Assembly: GCA_038065235.1 (NCBI GenBank)
Contig: JBBTRK010000006.1
Coordinates: 3,255 to 67,254 of the forward strand
Direction of reading: 5' to 3'
From: Patescibacteria group bacterium
GTDB lineage: Bacteria > Patescibacteriota > Patescibacteriia > PEXW01
Length of the DNA stretch: 64,000 bases
In this document: piece after piece, positions 1-10,176 of the stretch
How positions within the stretch are numbered: the stretch's first letter is position 1
Layout: each line of letters starts with the position of its first letter
Program-made: the position numbers and the translations under genes
Notes under the pieces: model-generated
The model's database searches: none
Seen by the model: the letters and a program-made list of their open reading frames with translations, nothing else
Told to the model about the DNA's origin: nothing

Positions 1-2657
1 CGGTATGTACCATTGATGTACGTTTTAGGAACTTCGCCAACTTTCCATGTGGTTGCTACATGCGTCCACGTATTTGGTTGCCATAGTTCGTAAGAGGTTG
101 TCCACCCGACAAATGAAGATCCTGCTGGGTATAAGATAAAACTTAGCCACTGTCTCCCATCATTTGCGTAGCGGATGAGTAGTCGTTCACTCCCGGCAGC
201 ATCAAAGTAGTTTACCATTTGCATGTATGAGCTAGCTTTCCAATTTTCGGATCGTACCCAAAAGTGTATTGTTCCAGTATTTCCAGCAAGCGGTTGGGTA
301 TATTGTTTTGTGATCAGTGGTTTGCCGGTAGTCTGTTGTACTGGCACAAAATTTGTAGAGGGAGTATTAGGTAATCTACTTACGGTCTTTGGTTTTGACG
401 CAGGATCCAAGGGGTCAGTTTTGGATTGTATTTCAATTTTATCATTTGTGCCATCAGCATCCGTATCAGCCCTCGTGGAGTTTGTGTTGTATTTTAGCTC
501 CTCAGCACCGGTTAAACCGTCATAATCAGCATCTTTGGACGCATCAGTTTCAGCGGAAACAACACGTTCGTCAGCTGTGTTTTTTCCTGCCACATACATC
601 TCGGCGTAGTAACTAGAACCACCAAAGCTGTCATCGTCAGATGCCTTTGGCATCACCATCTCGTAGGTCAAGGTGTACCCGGTATCTTTTGTTGCGTACA
701 CGAATGGCTTACCAGTGAAGACATCATTGGGTATCGTGCTGCGCTTGTTGTATGCGCCAAAATAGTTTTGTGGATCTTCCCCTAACCCAAGGCCTAATGG
801 TTCTATAGAGTTCCCTATGGATTCAATCTGCAAACTGGCATTTGTGTTCGTTACCTTTTGTTTTTCGGGTTTTTCCAATAGGGCGGTTAACGTATCAGGA
901 TAGGCACCTTTACGATTCTTGTAGTTACCCAATGCACTGCGAATGTCATCGACAGCCGAACGCTGCTTATCGAATTTCTGTTGTTCCTCTGTAATCCCAG
1001 AGATTAGGCGTTCTGCCTCATCCCACGAAATTGGGTTGCTTGGCACGTCGACTTTCGGTTGCTCGCCGAGGTGCTCGAAGGTGAGGGCAATACTCAAGCG
1101 TACCTGTTTGTCTTTCAGCTTTTCTACTTTCTCTGGTGGCACGACAATTGTTTCAAACTGCAGCTTGTGCGGTGTGCCATTGAGATTCTCTATCCATATC
1201 GTCAACGTCGTCTGCCCGGCAATGACGCGCAGACGGTCCAAGTTTTCTGCCTTCACGAGTTCATCCAGTGTTTCGCCGACTTCTTTGACAAGGGCGTTGC
1301 GCTTCGTGGCATCTTCTTTGTACGCCGTCACTGTTGCTGGGAGCTTGTCGGCATCCATAGTGATTTTTATCTTATTCAAGCGTCGACCATTCAAATTCTC
1401 CGAGCCTTCGCGGGTAAGGACAATTGCCTTCGTATCCAACGCTTTACGGATGAATGTCACGGTTTCGGTTTTCACTTTCCCAAGGTCGTCACCAGTTGGC
1501 GTCGAGCCGGTAACGCTATCTAGCGGGAAGATTCCATTGGCCGAGTCCCCGGCGGCCGGGTCGATGAGCACCCACTTGTCCTTGAGAGACGTGAGGTCAA
1601 TAAAGAAGAGGGATGGGAACTGGCGAACAATCCCGTAGTACTTGGCATCTTGCATGCGCACTTCGCCATCAACGGCTATAGTGGTGCCACCTGACGCGTA
1701 CGAGCCTTTCAGGCTGACGTACCCACGGGGCGACTTCTTGCCGTTCACGTCCTGTTCCGCAACGAAGGTCGTCACGCTCCCGCTCAACAGCATATCCGAT
1801 GGCAGGTACCGGAAGAGTGTTGAAGAATCGAAGGTTTCAAGGACGGACGTGCTGCTGTCGCCAGTCGTGCAGGTCGTCGCAGTACCCTCCGCTGAACTCA
1901 CGTTGCCCTTTTTCGTGCTGTCCTGCGTGCAGGTGTACTGCAGGGTATAGTTTTTCTTGTCCTCCGAAAGGGTGTAGGTAATAGGGTTCTCCCCTTCTAC
2001 TCGCATGGTGATATATTTCTTTTCTCTTAGTTCATCCAATGTTGCGGGGTAGCTCGTGGTGTTATCATTGTAGAGTGCGAGCGCCGTTCGCAGTTGACCC
2101 GAATAAGCATCGAGCTCCATGTCCCATGCGCGTGCCTTTGCTGGGCTCACTGCACCTACTACTGGTTCGGGCCAACGTTTCGCTGCGCCATTTTGGGGTT
2201 CTACTTTCACGCTCATCGCGAGGCCAATTTCGCCACTCTTCGTACCCGAGAGTACGTCAATCGCTTTCACCAACTGGTCTTCTAGGTTACTCTTGTTAAG
2301 GAACGGCAGAGGAATGTACCCGCGAATAGCCGCGAAGGCGACGCCCCCGAGGATAAGTAAGCCACCCGCGACAGAGGCGAGGAGGACGAGGTGGCGCATG
2401 AGCCAGGATTTACCTTTCGACTTCGCGTTTGGATCGAATGCTTGCTGAATTTCCGTACGTACGCTCTCGGTTGGGGTTTGCTTGGGCACAAAGGCTGGTT
2501 GAGCCGTAGGTGCAGGAATCGCTGGGGCGAGTATTTTTTGGATTTGATCTGCCTGCCATCCTTGTGCCTTCAGCTGTTCAGCAATCTGCGCATCCAAAAG
2601 ACCCGCGGCGCGTGCCTGGGCAATCCACTGCATAACCCCTTCGTATGCATTATCCAT
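1..2657 (-). CDS. Large membrane-anchored extracellular protein, 3' truncated by window edge (start codon near 2655-2657; no stop in window). One TM helix near the N-terminus, thrombospondin-type-3-like DxDxDG Ca-binding motifs and a LamG/ConA-like C-terminal region.
   Basis: Hand translation of the minus strand from the ATG at about 2657 gives a continuous open frame to position 1 (MDNAYEGVMQWIAQARAAGLLDAQ... TM segment LVLLASVAGGLLILGGVAFAAI ... DADYDGLTGAEE, DTDADGTNDKIE ... WQPNTWTHVATTW). Plus-strand ORFs listed in this span (943..1638 and others) are low-complexity shadow frames. Confidence 0.5.
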   Translation of the reverse strand, partial: MDNAYEGVMQWIAQARAAGLLDAQIAEQLKAQGWQADQIQKILAPAIPAPTAQPAFVPKQTPTESVRTEIQQAFDPNAKSKGKSWLMRHLVLLASVAGGLLILGGVAFAAIRGYIPLPFLNKSNLEDQLVKAIDVLSGTKSGEIGLAMSVKVEPQNGAAKRWPEPVVGAVSPAKARAWDMELDAYSGQLRTALALYNDNTTSYPATLDELREKKYITMRVEGENPITYTLSEDKKNYTLQYTCTQDSTKKGNVSSAEGTATTCTTGDSSTSVLETFDSSTLFRYLPSDMLLSGSVTTFVAEQDVNGKKSPRGYVSLKGSYASGGTTIAVDGEVRMQDAKYYGIVRQFPSLFFIDLTSLKDKWVLIDPAAGDSANGIFPLDSVTGSTPTGDDLGKVKTETVTFIRKALDTKAIVLTREGSENLNGRRLNKIKITMDADKLPATVTAYKEDATKRNALVKEVGETLDELVKAENLDRLRVIAGQTTLTIWIENLNGTPHKLQFETIVVPPEKVEKLKDKQVRLSIALTFEHLGEQPKVDVPSNPISWDEAERLISGITEEQQKFDKQRSAVDDIRSALGNYKNRKGAYPDTLTALLEKPEKQKVTNTNASLQIESIGNSIEPLGLGLGEDPQNYFGAYNKRSTIPNDVFTGKPFVYATKDTGYTLTYEMVMPKASDDDSFGGSSYYAEMYVAGKNTADERVVSAETDASKDADYDGLTGAEELKYNTNSTRADTDADGTNDKIEIQSKTDPLDPASKPKTVSRLPNTPSTNFVPVQQTTGKPLITKQYTQPLAGNTGTIHFWVRSENWKASSYMQMVNYFDAAGSERLLIRYANDGRQWLSFILYPAGSSFVGWTTSYELWQPNTWTHVATTWKVGEVPKTYINGTY

Positions 2658-2747
2658 ATGCTGATTTTTATTTTTCGATACATATATCTTACCAGAAAAT
2701 GCGAGTTTTGTCAAAAGACACCCAAGAAACAGTTATGCTACGCTGCA

Positions 2748-3236
2748 TCTATGATCGGCAGTCATCCACACGGTACACATCACCATTTTGCAAGACTCCT
2801 TGTCCTGGTGGTTGGTGCAATCGTGACCGTCGTCATTACCGCGAGTATGGTTGTTGAGCAGCAGTCAGCTGCGACGCCATCAGCTCCGTGTGTACCGCTC
2901 GCGATTATTGACAGCGTCGCGCGTGCTGATCTCATTCTCACGGGTGAGGTCTTCCTCGTCGTGCCTGCAGATCCAGGGTACGCGACAGTCCTCATAACCC
3001 CGGAGCGCGTGTACAAGGGCGAGGTCTTGAAAGCAGGCGTCCGGATTCGTGCCAAAGCAGATTCACTGGTGGGCGGTAGCGTTTTGGATGACCTCCACTT
3101 CGCCTCAAATCAGCCGCCGTACCTCCTCTTCCTGCAGCAGGATACGGATGGCCTGTACCGTACGAGTAAATGCATCGGTAGTCGTTCGCTGGGGAGCGGA
3201 TTGACGGTTGACGAGCGAGCAGCCTTCGGGTTGTAG
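2748..3236 (+). CDS. Small hypothetical protein with N-terminal hydrophobic segment (start uncertain, within ORF 2391..3236)
   Basis: ORF frame 2391..3236; internal Met followed by LLVLVVGAIVTVVITASMVV hydrophobic stretch; no recognisable family. Confidence 0.25.
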   Translation, partial: SMIGSHPHGTHHHFARLLVLVVGAIVTVVITASMVVEQQSAATPSAPCVPLAIIDSVARADLILTGEVFLVVPADPGYATVLITPERVYKGEVLKAGVRIRAKADSLVGGSVLDDLHFASNQPPYLLFLQQDTDGLYRTSKCIGSRSLGSGLTVDERAAFGL

Positions 3237-3345
3237 ATTTTGTCACAAAGAGTCGTACGCTTGAACGTCGCCTGGCGGTAAATTTTCAATCCTGATATCC
3301 TCCTAGACGGATGGGAGTTCCCATCCGTCTTTTGTCCCCTACGCT

Positions 3346-5093
3346 ATGCGCCTGCTCTGGGAATATCTCAAAAAGTATAAAAAGCTCCTGCTCGGAGCCC
3401 TGCTTTTGGCGGCTATCAATCAGGTGTTCTCTCTGCTCGACCCGCAGCTTGGGCGGATATTGGTAGACAAGTATGCCAGCCACGCGAGTACATTTACCCA
3501 GCATGAGTTTATACGCGGCGTCATCCTACTCGTACTCCTGTCTATGGCCGCGGCACTTATGTCCCGCATCGCCAAGAACTTCCAAGATTACTTCGTCAAC
3601 GTTATTGTACAACGCATGGGTGCTCGGTTGTACGCTCATAGTGTGAGCCACTCGTTTTCCCTCCCCTATCAAGCCTTTGAAGATCAACGCTCGGGCGAGC
3701 TCTTGCAGAAATTGCAGAAAGCCCGGACGGACGCGCAAGCCTTGATCACTAGCGCTATTGGCATTCTCTTCTTCTCCCTGATCGGCATCATTTTCGTCCT
3801 GGTGTACGCGAGTACCGTGCACTGGTCCATTGGGCTGGTGTACTTCCTCATGATTCCCATTTTGGGCTTCATCACGTTCTACATTAGCCGGAGAATAAAA
3901 GTTGCACAGAGGCAAATTGTTGCAGAGATGGCCTCGCTTTCCGGTTCTACCACAGAGACCTTGCGGAATGTGGAATTAGTGAAGAGCTTAGGTTTAGACA
4001 GCCAAGAAATTGACCGCCTGAATGCTACGAATGACCGCATTCTCCAGTTGGAGTTGAAGAAAATCATTCTCATTCGAAAATTTAGCTTCATCCAAGGAAC
4101 GCTCATCAACACCTTCCGATCTGCTTTGCTGGTGCTTATGTTCTGGCTCATTTTTCAGCAGCACATATCCTTGGGTGAATACTTTACGCTACTCATTTAC
4201 TCCTTCTTCATTTTCAGCCCATTGGCTGAGTTGGGGATGGTTGCTCAGCACTATCAAGAAGCACGCGCCAGCATGGAGCAGCTGGAAAAAATTCTCAAGC
4301 AACCAGCAGATGAACAACCGTCGCATCCGCTGGCCGTGGATAAGCTCACCGGTATCACGTTCCAGGATGTAGGCTTTCGCTACGCTTCAGCAGTCCACCC
4401 AGCCGTGGAGCACGTGGATGTCACGCTGCGCTCGGGTCAGACTATTGCTTTTGTTGGGCCCTCGGGCTCGGGCAAAACTACCCTCGTGAAACTCCTCGCG
4501 GGATTGTATAGGTCCACTCACGGCAAGTTGCTCTTTAACGATGTAGACAGCCAAGCCATGGATTATCGACAGTTCCGTCAGCGCATTGGCTTGGTGGCAC
4601 AAGAGACGCAATTATTTGCCGGGAGACGGTCCGCGAGAACCTCCTTTTCGTGCGCCCCAAGGCAACTGACGCCGAATGTATGGAGGCTCTGGACGCCGCT
4701 GCCGCTACGAATATTATGCAGCGCTCCGCCCAAGGGTTGGATACGCGCATTGGCGAAGGCGGCCTAAAACTCTCGGGTGGCGAGCGTCAACGTTTGGCCA
4801 TTGCCCGCGCGTTACTTCGCCAGCCTGACCTGATCATTTTTGATGAAGCAACCAGCAGCTTAGATAGCATTACCGAGCAGTCCATTACCGAAACCATCAA
4901 AGATATTACGGCCAAGAAACCACAGCTTATGACCGTGCTCATTGCCCACCGGCTCTCGACTATTGCGCACGCCGACGTCATTTACGTGCTGGAACGCGGC
5001 AAGGTAGTGGAACATGGCAACCATGCGGACCTGCTCAAAAAAGGTGGCCTCTACGCAGCCTTGTGGCGGCAGCAAGGAGCGAGTCAAGCGTAA
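3346..5093 (+). pseudogene. ABC exporter (MsbA-like fused permease + ATPase) interrupted by a frameshift near 4621-4626
   Basis: ORF 3346..4767 carries six-TM permease region and Walker A (GPSGSGKTT). ORF 4650..5093 in another frame carries ABC signature LSGGERQRLAIARAL and Walker B LIIFDEATSSLD. The expected conserved junction LFAG-TVRENLLF is restored by removing 2 nt from gggAGacggtcc. Confidence 0.7.
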
Positions 5094-5115
5094 GATATTT
5101 TGCTACCATTAGTGT

Positions 5116-5685
5116 ATGCAAAAGCGAGCTATCATCGTTCACTGTTGGGATGGGTACCCGGACTACTGTTGGTATCCAACTGTCAAAGCCGAACTCGAAA
5201 AAGAGGGCTTTGAGGTGCAGGTGCCGGCTATGCCCGAAACCAATGCTCCAAAGCTAAACCTTTGGTTACCGGTACTCAAAGAGATTGCCGGTACACCAGG
5301 TGAGGACCTTTTCCTTATTGGCCACAGTGCTGGCTGCGTTACCATTCTTCGGTACTTAGAACAGTTACCAGTTGGCGTAAAAATTGGTGGGGTTGTACTC
5401 GTTGCCGGATTTACGGATGATCTCGGGTATGATGAGTTAAAGAATTTTTTTGCTACCCCCGTGCCTTTGGCCTCCATCCGAGAGAAAGCGAAAGGTTTCG
5501 TCGCCATTCACTCTGATAATGACCCGTTTGTCGATCTGAAGTACGGTGAGATTTTTAAAAAGGAGCTCGGTGCCGAAGTTATTGTTAAGCACAACATGAA
5601 ACATTTTTCGGGTCCTCGCGATAATGAAGAAAGCTGTACGTCACTGCCCGACGTGACGCAAGCGGTGTTGACGTTAGCCAAGTAA
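5116..5685 (+). CDS. Alpha/beta-fold serine hydrolase, YdeN/RBBP9-like
   Basis: 189 aa; GHSAG nucleophile-elbow motif (LIGHSAGCV), size and layout typical of RBBP9/YdeN-like hydrolases. Confidence 0.65.
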   Translation: MQKRAIIVHCWDGYPDYCWYPTVKAELEKEGFEVQVPAMPETNAPKLNLWLPVLKEIAGTPGEDLFLIGHSAGCVTILRYLEQLPVGVKIGGVVLVAGFTDDLGYDELKNFFATPVPLASIREKAKGFVAIHSDNDPFVDLKYGEIFKKELGAEVIVKHNMKHFSGPRDNEESCTSLPDVTQAVLTLAK

Positions 5686-5689
5686 TACC

Positions 5690-6013
5690 ATGAAGATTAC
5701 CTGGGTACTTATCAACTGTAACTCCCGAGGCGAGGCTGACCGGATTGGTAGCGTACTGCTTTTGAAGCGAAATGTTGCATGTTACGATATTATTCTCCGA
5801 TCAAAAGCCGCGTACTTTTGGCCGCCGCGCAGTGGGAAAATTGAAACTGCAAAAGGAGCGTTACTTATAGCAGTAACCCTACCTTCTTTAGCGTCGAAGC
5901 TCGTTCCGCTTATAACAAAATTACACAGCGATAAACTTCCGTTTATTGGTAAACTACGGATAGAAGTGACATCAGAATATGCGCGCTGGGTACAGGGAGA
6001 GCTGAAGAAATGA
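5690..6013 (+). CDS. cutA: CutA1-like divalent-cation tolerance protein
   Basis: 107 aa; pattern ...VACYDII....YFW......E....LLIAVT......L...I..LH.YE.P ... matches the CutA1 fold consensus. Confidence 0.55.
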   Translation: MKITWVLINCNSRGEADRIGSVLLLKRNVACYDIILRSKAAYFWPPRSGKIETAKGALLIAVTLPSLASKLVPLITKLHSDKLPFIGKLRIEVTSEYARWVQGELKK

Positions 6014-6222
6014 GGCCTGGCTTGTATGAGCACTATAAAGGCAAGTCATATGAAGTCTTAGGTGTGGCTCGTCACTCGGAAACGCTTGTATATTTGGTTG
6101 TCTACCGGGCGCGTTATGGGAAGCAAGCACTTTGGGTGCGGCCCAGGAAAATGTTTGAAGGATATGTGAGAGTACAGGGCAAACGCATAAAGCGATTTAC
6201 TTTTTTGCGCCGTGCAAAGTAA
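6010..6222 (+). CDS. DUF1653 family small protein
   Basis: 70 aa; GLYEHYKGKSYEVLGVARHSETLVYLVVYRARYGKQALWVRP is the characteristic DUF1653 signature; 4-nt overlap with upstream gene. Confidence 0.6.
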   Translation: MRPGLYEHYKGKSYEVLGVARHSETLVYLVVYRARYGKQALWVRPRKMFEGYVRVQGKRIKRFTFLRRAK

Positions 6223-6790
6223 GCGTCAAGCAAGATTGCAGACTGTTGCCAGCCAGCGCCAAGCGGGGTTCATTGTCGTGCTGGAAGATATTCATGATCC
6301 GCACAACGCTGCGGCAATTCTTCGAACTTGCGATGCCTTTGGCGTGCAAGATGTGTGGTTCATCTTCAACCAGGAGAAAGCGTACAACCCGAAGCGCGTC
6401 GGAAAGTCGAGCAGCTCGTCCGCAAATAAATGGTTGACGTTCCGCGTGTTCAAGTCCGTCACCGAATGCAAGGCCGCGCTCAAGAAATTGAAGTATCAAT
6501 CAGTTGGGACGGTTCTCCGGAAAGGCGCCGAGGATTTTACCAAAGCCAAACTCACCGCAAAACGAATTGCGCTTTGGGTCGGCAATGAACATGCGGGTTT
6601 GTCCGAAGAAGCCAGTGCGGCATGCGATCGCCTACTGCTCTTGCCGATGCGCGGCTTTGTGGAGAGCTTGAATGTGTCGGTGATGACCGCGATTTGCGTG
6701 TATGAAATATTTCGCCAACGCGCTGGTAGGAAATATCAAAGGAGCCCACGGGAGGCGTCGGTTATTCTGAAAGAATTTTTGGAGCGTTGA
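6212..6790 (+). CDS. SpoU/TrmH-family RNA 2'-O-methyltransferase
   Basis: 192 aa; motifs VVLEDIHDPHNAAAILRTCDAFGV and LWVGNEHAGLS, LLLPMRGFVESLNVSV typical of SPOUT methyltransferases. Confidence 0.75.
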   Translation: MQSKRQARLQTVASQRQAGFIVVLEDIHDPHNAAAILRTCDAFGVQDVWFIFNQEKAYNPKRVGKSSSSSANKWLTFRVFKSVTECKAALKKLKYQSVGTVLRKGAEDFTKAKLTAKRIALWVGNEHAGLSEEASAACDRLLLLPMRGFVESLNVSVMTAICVYEIFRQRAGRKYQRSPREASVILKEFLER

Positions 6791-6801
6791 GCTCCAACTT
6801 T

Positions 6802-6897
6802 GTCATTCTGAGTCCCGCAGTAGCGGGACGAAGAATCTTGCCGGACTTTCCGGGTAGCAAGATCCTTCCCCCTCGATGGGCTCGGGGTCAGGATGAA
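6802..6897. repeat. Structured palindromic intergenic repeat, subfamily 1 copy A (GTCATTCTGAG...GAAGAATCTTGC...GCAAGATCC...TCAGGATGA); contains GTCCCGCAGTAGCGGGAC hairpin
   Basis: Seen directly: nested inverted repeats; same architecture at about 23567, 29017, 34012. Confidence 0.7.
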
Positions 6898-6913
6898 AAA
6901 TAAGAATGCACGC

Positions 6914-7195
6914 CTAGGAAAGTCGTGCATTTTGTAATTCAAGTCTTCGTTTTTCTGCAAAGAGCGCCATTTCAATCTCTAGGTAGCGTCGGTCATTATC
7001 TGGGCTCGAAAAGTATGTATAGATACTTTTAAATCCAAAATAATCCGCCATTGCTTGGGCATTTTCGAAGGCTTTGTCCCCCACGGCCCATTCCAGTAGT
7101 CTCGCAAGATCATCTGCATTTTTTGCACCTAGACTTTGGGCAATCTTATCAACAAACTCTTGTTGTTCTTCTGTAAGCCGTACTGCTTCACTCAT
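6914..7195 (-). CDS. Hypothetical small protein
   Basis: 93-aa ORF with good coding look (MSEAVRLTEEQQEFVDKIAQSLG...); no family recognised. Confidence 0.35.
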   Translation of the reverse strand: MSEAVRLTEEQQEFVDKIAQSLGAKNADDLARLLEWAVGDKAFENAQAMADYFGFKSIYTYFSSPDNDRRYLEIEMALFAEKRRLELQNARLS

Positions 7196-7231
7196 GCAAA
7201 CTCCTTTTTTGAGGTTCTAGATAATTATAAG

Positions 7232-9079
7232 TCATTTTTTTACCGCCCGTACAATCGCCCTGGCATCAATCCCTTCGTAGGCCAGGAGCTGTTCGGGTGT
7301 GCCGCTGCGGGGAATTTTGCGGACGGCGAGTGAGGTAACTTTTGCAAGATTCCCAACCACTTCTCGTACCGCGTCGGCAATGCCACCTTCAGCGACGTGG
7401 TCCTCGACGACGATAAGGTGCTTGGTCTGGCGAGCGGCCCGGAGCAACGTCACTCGGTCAATTGGCTTCACGCTGTATAGGTCAATGACACGGACGTTGA
7501 TCTTGCGCTTGAGTAGTTCGTTGTAGGCTTTTGCAGCTTCGTGGACCGTGATGCCAGCAGCGATAATCGTCGCCCGGTCTTTCCGGCTTTCGGCCAGAGT
7601 TTTGCTGCCGCCAATGGGGAAGGCCCCGGTATTCTTATAGAGCACAGGCAGCTTCTCCCGCGTCGTGCGGATGTACACGATGCCTTTAGCGCGGGCGGCT
7701 TGTTCCACTAACTTTTCTGTACTCACTGCATCACTTGGGTACAGTACGGTGCTATTGAACGTAGACCGGAACATGGCAATATCCTCCACGCCCATTTGTG
7801 AAGCGCCGTCGTGGCCAATGGAAGCGCCGGCGTGGGAACCGCACAGGACGAGGTGTGCATCGCTCAAGGCTGCCATGCGGATTTGATCATGTGCCCGCGT
7901 TAAGAAAGCGGCAAAGGTCGATGCGAACGGTGTCTTGCCGCGTCGGGTCATGCCCAGCGCCGTGCTCACCATGTTCTGCTCGGCAATGAACATTTCGTAG
8001 AAGCGCTTGGGCTGTGCTTTCGCAAAAACTTCGGTCATGGTGGAGTTGCTCGTCTCGGCATCTAGCACCACGAACTCGGGGTACGCTGGAGCAATATGCG
8101 CCAGCGCCGTGCCGTACGCTTCACGTGTGGCGACGAGTGCACCGCGCGTGTAGTGGAATGGTTTCGCGGGTTTCCGTTTCAAAACCTTTGGTAGTCGTCC
8201 ATGCGGTTTCGCTACAACACCATGGATGCGTTGCGCTTTGCCGAGTTCATCCAATGCCTGGGCGAGCTGCACCTTGGTGAGCGCCTTGCCGTGCCAGCCG
8301 TTCTTGTTCTCTAAAAATCTCACGCCTTTCCCCTTTACCGTTTTCGCGAGGATGATCGTGGGCTTGTTGCTCTTCGCGAGTGCACGACGGTAGACCTTCG
8401 CGATTGCGTCGAGGTTATGACCATCGACAGTAAACGTTCGCCAACCAAACGCGGCAAAGCGTTTGGCGTACACCTGCACGTTCCAGCCCAGCATGGTTTG
8501 TCCGCGCTGGCCGAGCCGGTTGATGTCGGCAATGGCAATGAGATTATTCAGTTTGTAGTGACTCGCGAGCTGCGCCGCTTCCCAGATTTGCCCTTCGGCC
8601 AGCTCGCTATCACCGAGTAGCACGAAGGTCCGGTACGGCAGTTTGTCCATCCTGGCGGCCAACGCCATGCCCAACCCAACCGAAAGGCCTTGGCCGAGCG
8701 AACCAGTGGCTGCTTCGGCGTATGGGAAAGATGAAGGAATCGGGTGGCCTTCGAGTTGGCTGCCGAACTTTCGCAAGGTGAGAAGCTCGCGTTCGGGAAT
8801 AATTCCGGCCGCGGCGTAGAGTGAATAGAGCAAGGGTGCGGCATGGCCTTTTGAAAAAATAATCCGGTCGTTGGTTGGGTTCTTTGGTTTCTTCAGGTCA
8901 GCGCGGAAGAAGCCACCGAAGAACAGCACTGCCATAAGGTCTGTAGCCGAGAGCGACGAGGTAGCGTGGCCAGAGCCGGCGGCCGTGGTCATCTGCAATA
9001 TCCAGCGGCGGATTGTGAGCGCGAGTGCGGTAACTTGTTTCTGCGTCATGGGTACAGTGTACCACTCCCATCCTGCCAT
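7232..9079 (-). CDS. tkt: Transketolase (single chain with TPP-binding and C-terminal domains; start possibly at Met-11, about 9049)
   Basis: 615 aa; GSGHATSSLSATDLMAVLFF..., GHPIPSSFPYAEAATGSLGQGLSVGLGMALA, ...GASIGHDGASQMGVEDIAMFRS are transketolase hallmarks. Confidence 0.85.
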   Translation of the reverse strand: MAGWEWYTVPMTQKQVTALALTIRRWILQMTTAAGSGHATSSLSATDLMAVLFFGGFFRADLKKPKNPTNDRIIFSKGHAAPLLYSLYAAAGIIPERELLTLRKFGSQLEGHPIPSSFPYAEAATGSLGQGLSVGLGMALAARMDKLPYRTFVLLGDSELAEGQIWEAAQLASHYKLNNLIAIADINRLGQRGQTMLGWNVQVYAKRFAAFGWRTFTVDGHNLDAIAKVYRRALAKSNKPTIILAKTVKGKGVRFLENKNGWHGKALTKVQLAQALDELGKAQRIHGVVAKPHGRLPKVLKRKPAKPFHYTRGALVATREAYGTALAHIAPAYPEFVVLDAETSNSTMTEVFAKAQPKRFYEMFIAEQNMVSTALGMTRRGKTPFASTFAAFLTRAHDQIRMAALSDAHLVLCGSHAGASIGHDGASQMGVEDIAMFRSTFNSTVLYPSDAVSTEKLVEQAARAKGIVYIRTTREKLPVLYKNTGAFPIGGSKTLAESRKDRATIIAAGITVHEAAKAYNELLKRKINVRVIDLYSVKPIDRVTLLRAARQTKHLIVVEDHVAEGGIADAVREVVGNLAKVTSLAVRKIPRSGTPEQLLAYEGIDARAIVRAVKK

Positions 9080-9119
9080 AGAGAAAACGCCGTCCGGGGT
9101 GGGGACGACGTTTTGAAGA

Positions 9120-9476
9120 TCAGGCTTTGGGTTTTGGGTGACCTTTAACGAGGAGCGTGTGCCCCAGGTGATAGCAGACGATGCCAGCGAGGCAAACGTA
9201 CCAGCCAGTGCCGAGGCCGAGGTGCGCGGAGTATGCGATGAGCGTTAGGCCAACGAATCCAGCCGACAACGTAATCGCGCCCTGCCAGGATACATACCAC
9301 GGTCTTGCCAAGCCGGCGACGAACGAGAGGATGGGTATCCAGATAATGCCCTGAGCTTTCGGGACGTTCGCTATCTCGACGAATACCAGCCACATGATGA
9401 TTACAATCGCTGAAACGCCAACGCCAATGCCGAAGAGGATCTGGTTCGCGCGTTCCTGCGCGGTTTGTTCAGTCAT
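9120..9476 (-). CDS. Hypothetical membrane protein (3-4 TM helices)
   Basis: 118-aa ORF, hydrophobic throughout (IVIIMWLVFVEIANVP..., LSFVAGLARPWYVSW). Confidence 0.4.
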   Translation of the reverse strand: MTEQTAQERANQILFGIGVGVSAIVIIMWLVFVEIANVPKAQGIIWIPILSFVAGLARPWYVSWQGAITLSAGFVGLTLIAYSAHLGLGTGWYVCLAGIVCYHLGHTLLVKGHPKPKA

Positions 9477-9576
9477 GACAACTCCTTTTGCAATGAGCTT
9501 TCTTCAATCTTCTGGCTATCCAATCATAGTTCGAGTGTTCCGTCAAGCCTAGAGCGAACCCTGGTATACTGCCCAC

Positions 9577-10173
9577 ATGCAGCTCATCTTCGCCACGCAC
9601 AATCCTGGTAAGGTCGTTGAAATGAAGCAAATTCTCCACGGCCTGCCGTTCGAAGTCATGAGTGCAGATGACGCTGGGGTCCATGAGGATGTGGTGGAAG
9701 ATGGGGTGACGTTCGAGGAGAACGCGCTGAAGAAGGCGCGGTTTGTGAGCCAGAGGACCGGCCAGTGGGCGGTAGCTGATGACTCGGGCATTTCTATTGA
9801 TGCGCTGGACGGCGCACCCGGCGTGTTTTCGGCACGGTGGGCGGGAGATGACGCGACCGGCGAGCAACTCGTGGCGTACACCCTGAAAGAGTTGGATGGT
9901 ATTCCCGAGCACCGGCGGAGCGCGTGGTTCGAATCCTCAGCTGCACTCGTCTCACCGGACGGGCAGGAGTGGGTGTTCACCGGCAAAGTGGAAGGCATGA
10001 TCCCCATGGCACCGCGCGGGACACCGCGGGAACGGTTGCCCTACGACGTCATCTTCATTCCCGAAGGTCACACGAAGACCTTTGCCGAGATGACGGATGA
10101 CGAGAAGAACAGCTTGAGCCATCGGGGAGAAGCGTTCCGCCAGCTCAAGGACTTTCTCGGCAACCTAGAGTAG
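9577..10173 (+). CDS. rdgB: Non-canonical purine NTP pyrophosphatase (RdgB/HAM1, dITP/XTP pyrophosphatase)
   Basis: 198 aa; LIFATHNPGKVVEMKQIL, FEENALKKARF, ADDSGISIDALDGAPGVFSARWAG, SHRGEAFRQL are Ham1-family motifs. Confidence 0.85.
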   Translation: MQLIFATHNPGKVVEMKQILHGLPFEVMSADDAGVHEDVVEDGVTFEENALKKARFVSQRTGQWAVADDSGISIDALDGAPGVFSARWAGDDATGEQLVAYTLKELDGIPEHRRSAWFESSAALVSPDGQEWVFTGKVEGMIPMAPRGTPRERLPYDVIFIPEGHTKTFAEMTDDEKNSLSHRGEAFRQLKDFLGNLE

Positions 10174-10176
10174 CGA

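Noticed and set aside
223-2491. Plus-strand ORFs 223..525, 943..1638, 1059..1523, 1642..1950, 2119..2448 and others
   Set aside because: Their products are low-complexity (Ser/Cys/Arg-rich) and they all lie inside one long, protein-like minus-strand open frame that runs off the window edge. In a high-GC genome these are shadow ORFs.
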